Source: an uncultured delta proteobacterium
GTDB lineage: Bacteria > Desulfobacterota > Desulfobaccia > Desulfobaccales > 0-14-0-80-60-11
Assembly: GCA_963812015.1 (NCBI GenBank)
Contig: CAWETI010000002.1
Coordinates: forward strand, 640,001 to 704,000
Length of the DNA stretch: 64,000 bases
Direction of reading: 5' to 3'
The notes beneath the pieces were generated by a model, which worked only from the letters and a program-made list of their open reading frames with translations, was not told the DNA's origin and did no database searches. Shown one piece after another: positions 50,457-60,500 of the stretch. Within the stretch, counting starts at the first letter, position 1; each line of letters begins with the position of its first letter. The position numbers were made by a program, and so were the translations under genes.

Positions 50457-50588
50457 CCATTACACCAGGCCACCAAAATCCCTCCTTGGAAATATCCCTC
50501 GATTTACAAGAAATTACTTGAAATAAATATTCTTATTGTGGTAATTTCCGGATATCGCTATCTTCATTAACTACCTTAATAAATTTCT

Positions 50589-51557
50589 ATGATTAACGTA
50601 ATTAATCTCTTCGTGACCTGTACCCAGAGGAAGAGTCGGGAAATTTCCTCTGAATTGCGGTTCAGGTTCCTTCCTGCCTATGAGACGTTGGAAGATCTCA
50701 GCGTGGCCTGGATCGATCGCTTGCAGGAACGGAAGGGGGAATTGGTCCACGCAAGTGAACTCTATGCCGGTGACCACTGGCAGGTAGTCCGATCCATAAA
50801 AAACGCGACAAACAATTCCCCTCTTGATTTGAGGATCTGGGTTATCTCGGCAGGCTATGGGCTCATATCTTACGATGCCCCATTGCAGCCTTATGCCGCC
50901 ACGTTTTCCGTTAGGAACCCGGATTCCATCCTCTCTCACTGCCCTTTAACAAAAGCAAAACAGATGCGGGCAGAGTGGTGGCGTCTGCTGGCAGAATGGA
51001 CCGGACCAGAACCACACAAACCTCGTTCTTTCGTTCAGGTGATCGGACAGGATCCGGAAGCTTTCCTCTTAATTGTTGCCTCGAACACCTATCTCGAAGC
51101 CATTGCACCGGATTTGACACAGGTGGTTCAGCGCCACCCGGCCCACAAAATCGGCATTATCTCAGCCGGAGTTCCTCAAAAGGGATGGTTAAGACCATAT
51201 CTTCTCCCCTGTGATTTGCGATTGAGATCGGTTCTAGGCGGCAGTTGTCATTCTCTCAATGTACGCATGGCCAGATGGGTATTACAGGAATGCGGTGGCC
51301 AACCATTGAATTTTGCAAAAATGAGGGAATGGCTACCAAGGTTTTTGGAAGGTGAAAAAAAACCTGAACTACCACAAAGAAAACCAATGAACGATAGCAG
51401 CGTAATAGATTTTATTTATAAAAAGATTAAACGTAATCCTGCAATAAAACCAACGCCTTTGCTTACGGAATTCCGTAAATCAGGATATGCCTGTGAACAA
51501 CATAGATTTTTATCATTATTTATGACCGCTCGAGAGGAGTTCATTAATAATGGTTAA
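50589..51557 (+). CDS. DpdC-like (YaaA/DUF328-related) protein
   Basis: CTQRK, ASELYAG and VISAGYGLI...PY YaaA-like motifs. Directly upstream of dpdB-dpdA. Confidence 0.6.
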   Translation: MINVINLFVTCTQRKSREISSELRFRFLPAYETLEDLSVAWIDRLQERKGELVHASELYAGDHWQVVRSIKNATNNSPLDLRIWVISAGYGLISYDAPLQPYAATFSVRNPDSILSHCPLTKAKQMRAEWWRLLAEWTGPEPHKPRSFVQVIGQDPEAFLLIVASNTYLEAIAPDLTQVVQRHPAHKIGIISAGVPQKGWLRPYLLPCDLRLRSVLGGSCHSLNVRMARWVLQECGGQPLNFAKMREWLPRFLEGEKKPELPQRKPMNDSSVIDFIYKKIKRNPAIKPTPLLTEFRKSGYACEQHRFLSLFMTAREEFINNG

Positions 51558-52686
51558 GAGAAAAGTCATTGTAAGGCGTGCTCTTAAAATTGAGCAAAAC
51601 AGTTCCCATTCTCTCTATACATTCAGTTTAAGAGGGTACGAACTGTTGACTATTGCCGATATTTCCAAAATCTCCCGGGACGAAGCTGGGAAATTAATAG
51701 GATATCAACGGCCAGAAGTGAAAAAACACATCCAAGATATAATAGACTATCTAAATAGTGAGGAAGTATTATTCCCCAATTCTATTATCTTATCTCTCTC
51801 CTCGCTGGTAACTTTTCGTTCTAGTCGAGGACCAAACGTCTATGATGGTATTGCCACCGGTGGAACCATTGAAATACCGGTGCCTGGCCCAAATGAGCCA
51901 AAACCAGGGTGGATCGTGGATGGGCAACAAAGAGCCTTGGCCTTATCAAAATCCAAAAAATCTGGTCTAGCCATTCCCATCAACGCCTTTATTGCTGATG
52001 AAGTTGAAATTCAGCGGGATCAGTTTTTGCGAATTAACAATACTAAACCTCTCCCTCGAGGTTTGATTACGGAACTATTGCCTGAGGTCTCCTTGCCACT
52101 TCCGGCAAACCTCACGGCACGCAAAATTCCCTCCTCACTTTGTGATTTATTGAATCGAGACCCAGTTTCGCCATTTTATGGCCTGATTTATCGAGCTTCC
52201 TCAACCTCCCAGGAACGGGCTAAGGCCGTAGTGGCCGATACCTCAGTGGTCAAGATGTTACAGGAGAGTTTCTCTTCTGCTTCTGGGTGCCTGTTTCCTT
52301 TTCGCAATTTGGCCACCGGCGAAACCGATTTTCAGAGCGTCTGGCTATTAATAAATACCTTCTGGGCAGCCGTTCGGAATGTGTTTCCCAAAGCTTGGGG
52401 CAAACCACCAACGATGAGTCGGTTGATGCATGGTGTAGGCATCCGGGCGATGGGAAAGTTAATGGACAAAATGATGTCAGCCTTCAATCCCGCTCACAAT
52501 AACTCTCAAGAGGCAATTGAACGGCAACTGAGATTGATCAAAGATCAATGTCATTGGACCGAGGGAAGATGGGAGAACTTGGGCGGGGTTGAGTGGAACG
52601 AACTGCAGAATGTTCCCCGCCACATCCGTATCCTTTCCAATTATTTGATAAGGGCTCATTTGCAGGCAAGGACTATCGCACCTTGA
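51550..52686 (+). CDS. dpdB: DGQHR domain protein DpdB (paralogue 1)
   Basis: GYQRPEV, FPNSII, WIVDGQQR, QFLRINNTKPLP. Confidence 0.88.
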   Translation: MVKRKVIVRRALKIEQNSSHSLYTFSLRGYELLTIADISKISRDEAGKLIGYQRPEVKKHIQDIIDYLNSEEVLFPNSIILSLSSLVTFRSSRGPNVYDGIATGGTIEIPVPGPNEPKPGWIVDGQQRALALSKSKKSGLAIPINAFIADEVEIQRDQFLRINNTKPLPRGLITELLPEVSLPLPANLTARKIPSSLCDLLNRDPVSPFYGLIYRASSTSQERAKAVVADTSVVKMLQESFSSASGCLFPFRNLATGETDFQSVWLLINTFWAAVRNVFPKAWGKPPTMSRLMHGVGIRAMGKLMDKMMSAFNPAHNNSQEAIERQLRLIKDQCHWTEGRWENLGGVEWNELQNVPRHIRILSNYLIRAHLQARTIAP

Positions 52687-53945
52687 AATATTTCTTTCCA
52701 GATAGCCACGATCTCATCGACCCGTCTTTCGATTTTGAATCCGAAACTCGGTCTTCCACTCGCATCACGCAAAGGGATGATCTTTACGCCCACCAAGTGT
52801 TCGATACCCCTCCCTATGATGGCATGTTGATTTCCAAAGCCATTGTCGAAGGGGACAGCAGCAAATATTCGTTGGGACAACGCCACCGACTTTACCGCGA
52901 AGGGGTGCGTCGTTTCCTGCGCCTGGATAAACTCAAAACCGGTCGCCGTCTTGAAACCATGGGTGATTGCGGCGCCTTTTCTTACGTCCGGGAAGAAGAC
53001 CCCCCGATTACTGTGGATGAAGCGATAGATTTTTATGAAGAATGTGGCTTCGACTATGGTATTTCTGTAGATCACATTATCCTGGGCTATAAAGAAGATT
53101 TGGACCGCACTCTTTTTGATCTGGAGGCGGTGCCCCCGGAATGGCGCCGGCGGCAGGAAATTACCCTACAAAGGGCCAGTGAATTCCTGAGGCGCCATGA
53201 GGCTCGGCGTTGCCGCTTCACCCCTATCGGGGTGGCCCAAGGGTGGAGTCCGGCCTCTTATGCAGCCTCGGTGGTGGAACTTCAAAAGATGGGGTACCGC
53301 ATGATTGCCATGGGAGGCATGGTCCCCCTGAAAACCCATGAGGTTCTGGCCTGCTTGCAGAGAACCCAAGAGATTCGGAACGCTGCCACTTTTTTCCACC
53401 TCCTGGGGATTACCAGACTCGGAAAAATTGATCGATTTGCCCGATTCGGAGTGGTGAGTTTTGACAGTACTACGCCGTTACTGCAAGCTTTCAAGGATAT
53501 CAAAGATAATTATCACACCCTGGAACGCAATTATTCAGCTATTAAAGTTCCCCAAGTGGATATGAACAATAATCTAAGAAATCTCATTAAGGCAGGAAAA
53601 GTTAAACAGGAAGAGGCTGTCAGGCTTGAGAAAGATTGTCTGAAATTATTAATGGACTATGATAATGGGATGGTCTCATTAGAAAATGTTTTAGAAGTTC
53701 TCATGGACTATGAATTTTTATATGATGGTAAGCATAAGAGAACCGAGGCTTATCGGGAAGTGCTGACCGATCAACCCTGGAAAAAATGCCAGTGCACCAT
53801 TTGCCGAGAGCTTGGGATCCACGTTATTATTTTTAGAGGTTCCGAACGCAATCGCCGTCGCGGTTTTCATAATATCTTTGTATTTTACAACCGTCTGAAG
53901 AGCGGACTCGAGGCGCGCCCTAAAGCCACCCATCAACCGGAATGA
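52683..53945 (+). CDS. dpdA: DNA deazaguanine transglycosylase DpdA (TGT-like)
   Basis: KYFFPDS, GDCGAFSY, SVDH, GVAQG, HLLG, SFDST, CQCTIC...RRRGFHN. TTG start overlaps the dpdB stop. Confidence 0.92.
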   Translation: MKYFFPDSHDLIDPSFDFESETRSSTRITQRDDLYAHQVFDTPPYDGMLISKAIVEGDSSKYSLGQRHRLYREGVRRFLRLDKLKTGRRLETMGDCGAFSYVREEDPPITVDEAIDFYEECGFDYGISVDHIILGYKEDLDRTLFDLEAVPPEWRRRQEITLQRASEFLRRHEARRCRFTPIGVAQGWSPASYAASVVELQKMGYRMIAMGGMVPLKTHEVLACLQRTQEIRNAATFFHLLGITRLGKIDRFARFGVVSFDSTTPLLQAFKDIKDNYHTLERNYSAIKVPQVDMNNNLRNLIKAGKVKQEEAVRLEKDCLKLLMDYDNGMVSLENVLEVLMDYEFLYDGKHKRTEAYREVLTDQPWKKCQCTICRELGIHVIIFRGSERNRRRGFHNIFVFYNRLKSGLEARPKATHQPE

Positions 53946-53962
53946 ACCGATAGAGGTTGCCC

Positions 53963-55096
53963 ATGAAGCAAAACTATGAACTCAGGATACCGGCCCTAGA
54001 AATCCTTCAGGGGGAAAACCGGACCCTGTATTGCTTCGCCGTGGACGGTAAACTCCTGCCGTCTTTCACCACCATCTCCCGCCTCAGGCGAACCCCAGAA
54101 TCCCAGTTGCAAGGGTATCAAAGACCCGAAGTGATCTCCCACATTGCGGAGATCCGCAGATATCTTGAATCCGCGGACCCCATGATCCCTAATGCCGTGG
54201 TGGTGGCCTTAAATCGAACAGTACGCTTTCAAAGAACCGACTCCGAACCGGGAAATTCCCATGAGACCCGGATGGGGACGCTGATTATCCCCCTTGACCC
54301 CAACCTTCCAGAGGAAGACAAGCCTGGGTGGATCGTGGATGGGCAACAACGCATCGCAACCATTCGTGACGCCCAGTTGGAGAAGTTTCCTATTTGTGTG
54401 ATCGGCTTTATTACCGATGACCTTCACGAACAGAAAAACCAGTTTATTTTGGTCAACTCCACGAAGCCCTTGCCCAAGGGCTTAATCTACGAACTCCTGC
54501 CATCCACCGAGGGTTTCTTACCCACTTTTTTGCAAAAGCGGCGGTTCCCCGCTTACCTCATGGAACGACTCAACCACGACGAGGACTCGCCGTTCAAAGA
54601 AATTATAATGACGGCCAGCAATCCTGGGGGCATCGTTAAAGATACCTCCATCCTCAAGATGTGTGAAAACAGTTTGCATGACGGTGTCCTCCACCGCTTT
54701 AGGGACTCTACTAACGGGGGGTGGAATGCCGAGGACATGCTGCGGGTATTGAAATGTTTCTGGAGCGCGGTTGCAAAAGTTTTCAAAGACGCCTGGGGGT
54801 TGCCTCCCCGCCGGTCACGTCTAATGCATGGGGCCGGCATCGTGAGTTTAGGGTTCATCATGGATGCAATTGGTGACCGGAGTCCCTTCGATTCGATACC
54901 AACAGAGGATTTTTTCAAGGTGGACTTAGACCAACTCACGCCTTTGTGCCGCTGGACTCATGGGTATTGGGATTTTGCCCCTGGCATGCAAAGGAAATGG
55001 AACGATATCCAGAATACCCCAAGAGATATACAGTTGTTGGCTAATTATTTACTATCTCAGTATAAAAGAATGGCAAGGCACGGACATACAAGTTAA
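53963..55096 (+). CDS. dpdB: DGQHR domain protein DpdB (paralogue 2)
   Basis: GYQRPEV, IPNAVV, WIVDGQQR, QFILVNSTKPLP. Confidence 0.88.
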   Translation: MKQNYELRIPALEILQGENRTLYCFAVDGKLLPSFTTISRLRRTPESQLQGYQRPEVISHIAEIRRYLESADPMIPNAVVVALNRTVRFQRTDSEPGNSHETRMGTLIIPLDPNLPEEDKPGWIVDGQQRIATIRDAQLEKFPICVIGFITDDLHEQKNQFILVNSTKPLPKGLIYELLPSTEGFLPTFLQKRRFPAYLMERLNHDEDSPFKEIIMTASNPGGIVKDTSILKMCENSLHDGVLHRFRDSTNGGWNAEDMLRVLKCFWSAVAKVFKDAWGLPPRRSRLMHGAGIVSLGFIMDAIGDRSPFDSIPTEDFFKVDLDQLTPLCRWTHGYWDFAPGMQRKWNDIQNTPRDIQLLANYLLSQYKRMARHGHTS

Positions 55097-55239
55097 GTTT
55101 ACGGAGTAATAAAACAATCAATTTTCGGTTATATTCTTGATAAAATACTCTTCTAATGCCAGTTTGTGTCGATTATTAGGAAGTCCTATTCACCAACATA
55201 GCAAAATTATTTTCTTTGCTTCTGATTCAAGGGGGAAGT

Positions 55240-57001
55240 TCATGATCGTTCCCGACTCCACCTTTCGAGGGCGCGCACTATACTTGATGCTCCCGTCCCC
55301 TGAACGTAGCATAACTTTCTGCGATCAAAACCGTCAAAAGCGCGAAAGACGGCATGAGAGGTAGCTATCCAGACAAACAAAACAACATCACAAGTTCGCG
55401 CCAAGTCAGTGTCGGTACCAACCACTTTAGTAGATACTATCGAGACCTTAGCCCCGGCCCGGTCTTGAATAATTTCGGCTGCCATCCGGGCTTGTTGCTC
55501 GCGCATGCAAACAATCGCAACCTTTTTGAGGTTGGCATTAACTAAGAGATCTTCGGGAGGTACATCATTTTTAATAGGGAAGTATTCTTGAATCGTCTCC
55601 TCTTCTAGACCTATTATAGATCCTGTGCTGCGCCATAGGACCTTCTCGGATTCCAGCAATTGCTGCGAGTTCCTCTTTCGCTAGATCAGCCGCATCAATC
55701 CACAAATTGCCTGCCGCCCCACTATCCGGGTGCTGATACGCGAGCAACTCAATTGCGTCCAGGGCAAATGGTAACTGAGAAGGTACTGGGCGGGCCTTCC
55801 ACCATGCTTCGATAATACTTTTTGCCTCATCAATATTATGGTTGAGTTCAAAAAGCGCGTTAGCCAGTTCGAGGAGTACATGACCTTCTTCTCTCCCTCC
55901 CCCTATCCCGGCATTCATTTCACCCCAAAGGCGTAACAAAGATGAATAAAGTTCAGCAAAATCTCTTCTGGGAAAATCTGGTTCACGGACAAAGTCTCCA
56001 AGAAAAGTAACAAGGGCCTCATTAATTAGTTGTCTGTTTTGTTGTTTGAGTTCATTACTTACAAATAAAGAATCCCAGCGTTCAGAATAGGCTTCGATTT
56101 GATTCTGGTTTAGTTGCTCAACAAAAATCGCATCTTTCTCCTCCAACCAATTCCGGGCGCTTTCTATGTCGTTTTGGTCAATTAATAGCGAAAACCATTG
56201 CTCCCACTCATCTTTTATATCTATAGGTATGACTTCTGGTTCCCCAATGAAAACCGGTTCAGGTTGAAACTCTCCCAGTGCTTCCCTAATGCATTCATTT
56301 ATTATGTTCGGCAAGTAAGGTTGAGTTTGCAGATAGGGTAGATTGCGGCAGTTTCTTATGTTTTCAAATTCCCTGAAATGATGCCACAGGCGAATGCGCA
56401 TCAATTGAGTATTCAGGGCTTTATCTAGTTCGTAGGTATCAATTAATTCTATTGCCTTTTCAGCCAGGTCGCGATCACCCAGTAACAAGGCTGATTGAAA
56501 TTGCGTCCTGAGTTCATAGAGAGAAGGTCGCCTCAAACGATTCCGCTCTGGACGTCTTTCTTCGAGTTGATAAAATGTGGCGAGTTTATGTTCGACTATG
56601 GAATATTGCTCAATCGAACATCGCCAGCGAAAATAATTGGTTGGCGAAATTTCCGATATGACTCGTTGGAAGGTATCCCGGGAGGTATCAGGGATCTTAT
56701 ATCCATCGCCACTTTCCTGCCATCCGTAGCTAGGAAGTATCCATGCCTGCAATTTTTCAATCTGTTTTTGGAGCAGCAAAGGTTGAGGGGCTAGTGTACA
56801 CCAAATTACATGCCTATCAGTAAAAAAAGGAAAAGAGCCACCTTTCCCATTAATAAGATTTATCAACTCTCCACTTAATGGGTGGGCTTCGATGTTACGA
56901 ATTTCTTCCTCTAATAAGTCAAAGCAAAGCCTTTTCTGATATTTCTCCCAATTGCTATTGAACTGCTTTAGTACTTCTAGGAGGGGCTTAGTAATTTTCA
57001 T
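55240..57001 (-). pseudogene. dpdD: DpdD-like protein, frameshifted as given (about 586 aa if repaired)
   Basis: Follows dpdK with a TAATG overlap. C-terminal DVVLFVWIATSHAVF..GTGASSI domain. One extra A near 55676-55678 separates the two ORFs. Confidence 0.7.
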
Positions 57002-57558
57002 TAGATTTGATCCGCACTTAATTCTAAATTGTCCCAAATACGCTCGAACTCAAGATAGGCTTCATTGATTTTCCGATTGCCTTCAGGATCGAGCGAAGCA
57101 TTACAAGTGATCTTTTCGCGATTTACGTAAAGTCCACTGTAAGTGAAGTTCATAGATCCCTCAAAATAGAACAACTCTGACAATAATCCTTTCTGATGGT
57201 CCTTCTGGGCTTTTTCGAATTTTACTTGGACTCGTCTTTGTTTATCGAATTTCACTGCGAATGCTCTGGATTTCGTATCAGGCCAGGTGATGATGCGGAC
57301 CGGTAAGCGATTTGAAACCTCAATCAGAGTCTCACTAAAAAGGATATGCCGGTTTTCAGCAAAATTATTCTGGTATCTGAGCAGATCTTTAAACTCTCCA
57401 AATGCATTATCGAGCAACTTAAAATCGGAAAGCCAAGGTGAAATCAGGTACATTGGTCGCTTACAGGGAACCCCGAGCAATAAAGTGCTAAAGAAAGAAG
57501 CTAGCAAATCCCGGACTTTCTTCCCCCCATCTCTTGAATGAATATCACGACTAGACAT
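57001..57558 (-). CDS. dpdK: Phospholipase D-like protein DpdK
   Basis: YLISPWLSD, HQKGLL...GSMNFTYSG. Directly after dpdJ. Confidence 0.85.
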   Translation of the reverse strand: MSSRDIHSRDGGKKVRDLLASFFSTLLLGVPCKRPMYLISPWLSDFKLLDNAFGEFKDLLRYQNNFAENRHILFSETLIEVSNRLPVRIITWPDTKSRAFAVKFDKQRRVQVKFEKAQKDHQKGLLSELFYFEGSMNFTYSGLYVNREKITCNASLDPEGNRKINEAYLEFERIWDNLELSADQI

Positions 57559-60500
57559 TTGCGAAATCTCGAATCTGAAGCGCAACCTTGATGTATCCAC
57601 CTGTGACTTCTATTCGACTGATATGCACTGATTCACGATAAGTTTGCACATTTATCTCCTCAAAAAAAAGGGGTACCAGGTTTTCGATTAATTGCTGTTG
57701 AAGGTTCATCGGCGCAACTAAGGAAACACGCCCTTCCTTTTCAAGCGCGGCGCGAGCATTAGTTACCCATTTGTTGCTTGTTGCACTTACCGCTACCATC
57801 ATTTGTTCGAGGGACAGCCACGGAAGGGCTAAGTTGCGAGCAGGCTTACCGAAGTCGTTGAAATAGTTTGGATTGTTCAAACAATCTGGACAGCTATCTT
57901 CACAACCATCAAACAACAATTGCTGAATGATCGCATAAAGTTGGGGTAATGTTGGAGGAGTATTGTATGCCCGCCTAAATAGATCGACCAATCGTCTTTG
58001 ACTAGGAGGAAAAGAGCTAACTACGTAAGCAAAGGTGCGAATAGGAATTTTCAAACCGATCTTCTTGCTATGTCGCTCCCATAATTCATTGAGTAAAAAG
58101 GTTAGCATATCCGTATTCCTGGAACTTCCGGGCCTTAATAATTTCATACTCACTGCTGATATATTATTACGCTGCGGATTCAGTCCGCGAACATGCATTG
58201 CATTTATAAGAGATTGTTTTGCCTGCTCCAAGGAACTCATATTTGGAGCATTGCGTACGTCATTGAAGGCATCGACTAAGGCACCGGCACCGTCTCGATG
58301 CTCCTTATACACCTCCCTTGTTACAGCATTCAGATTGACGCACCAGGATTGACGAGGACAATTGGCCACAGCGTGCTCCAGGGCATCAAGGAAGAATCTC
58401 GGGTCACCCTTGATTTCGCGAACAACCGACTCCATTTGTCCCACTCCCCCAGAACTCTTTTCGGTTAACAGGATTTCATGCTTCTCATCGGAAGAAATCA
58501 CGTCAACAATAAGATCATCCTCATCAACTTGGTCTGATACCGTTGCTACTGCTATCCGCAAAGCTTGGGCCAATGTCGCCAAATAGCGCTGCCTAACCCA
58601 ATGATCGAAATCAGGTCCTGGCGGAGTATTCCAGAGGGTTTTTTCTAAGCGTTCAATTTCAGATATGACACTACTGGCCTGCCATAAATCAATGATATCC
58701 TGCTTAAGCTTGGATTCCTCTTCTTGCCCGGTTGGATCCACTCCTCTTACCTGAAAAATTACATCCAGAACTCGCCGAACGGACTCAATTCGCCTCTCGC
58801 TAAGCAGTTCTTGCGCTTTAGGCAGCGATATCTTCTTTCGAATTGCGGTGGCACATATCATGGCCATTGAGATCTCTGCCATCCATACTGCCCGGAATAC
58901 ATTAAGGTGGTCCTGCAGCGCAGGAGATGTTTTAAGCTTATGTAGGAAATATTCATAGCGTAGTTGCCCAAGCATGTTTTGAGTGATTAATGGTAGGTCA
59001 TTTAAGTGAGAGTTTCCCACCACAAATCGAAGTCCGTCGGCGTTCACCTGAAAGCCCACTGCTTCTGGGATCCCATCATCACCCTGTAAATGCAATACGC
59101 CAAGGATTGGATTTTTGTTCTTGTGACGGATTTCAAATTGGCAACTGTTGGCATAACGCAACAGTTCAATCCATGATCCGTTGATATGAAGGTGGGCTGT
59201 TGCTTGAGATAAGACCAGGTTCCAAGGCTTGCTGCCCCTGACCGGCAGTGACTCTCCGCAATCATTATTGTGTATGGATGCAATGGTCTCCCACTGCCAT
59301 TCGCTCGAACTGGATTCGACGACGCCATTTGGTATATGAGTTAGCTTGGCATCCAAGGGGCGGTAGATTTGAGTACTGCCAGCAGCGCTTAAGGGTACGT
59401 ATTCATTATAAAGCTGGCCAATGGAAGCGATATTATGCCCGACATTAAGTTGTGAGGAATATTCGTGCCAATATCCCGGTTCTGGAGGGTCGAAATTAGC
59501 AAGGGTTGAGAAGCGCTTGGAAACCCTTCCAGGGCAACTCTCTCGGAGAAACTGTGGAAGCGACAGAAGTTCGTCGTCCTTATCGTGGCCTCGGAAGGAT
59601 TCTAATACAATGGTTGCATCATTAAGGTCCAATTCTTCAAAGGTAGCTTTTGGAATTGCAAGCGGCATGGGTCGACCCGAATTCGCATCTTCATCAGGTC
59701 GATTGCCGGGTCCCGATTGCCTCCATTCAACTTCTATCTTTCTTAGTAGAGCGGGAATTCCTCCGGTGAGCAAAGGCCTGGGTTCTTCCCAAAAAATGTC
59801 ATTGAGTTCACTCATGGCAATAGCTCGATCTTCCTCATTTTTCCAGGAGAGACCTCCCCGACCGTTAAAGTACATTGAAAATGCGCTGGAGAAAAACCTT
59901 TTCCACTGAGCACCTTGTTGCAAGAAGTCTTTTAAATATCTTTTTGCTTCGCTTTGAGCTTGCTGAGATATTTTCCATGTGCTTCGCTTGCTTAAATACG
60001 AGAAAGGGGAATCTGCTTTATCTATCATCTGACCCAACCAATCGACCAGAAATAAAGCCATTTGAACGCGTAGGACATATGGGTTAGCAATGGGAAGGTG
60101 AATACGATCTATTTCGGGATCAAACAAACGCTCTGCCGATTGAAACGCCCATCGATCTCGTCCGTAATCGGATAGTATCACCACTGTCCAAGGCCGACTT
60201 CCGCGGGTTCGGCCAGCTCGCCCTTTTCTCTGGATAAAGGAAGACATGGAAATAGGAGATTTATGGTGCAGGACAATCCCAACATGTGGATCATCGAAGC
60301 CTACCTCCAGTGAACTAGTGGCCAAGATAATATCTGAATTGGCATTGGCTCCCGGGTCCTGAGAACTGCAGCGGGATATATCTAGGCTCTGAGTAAGGTT
60401 ATGCCCTATCTCTTGAGGCAGGTCCCAAATCTGACCCTCCGCCCGCATGCTTCGCAAAGTGGTCTGGTTAGGAAGCGGACTGGGCATACTTCGTAAGCCT

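Noticed and set aside
51550..55096. DGQHR genes as a phosphorothioate (dnd) system, or dpdA as housekeeping tgt
   Set aside because: No dndC/D/E. The context with que genes and dpdJ/K fits Dpd.
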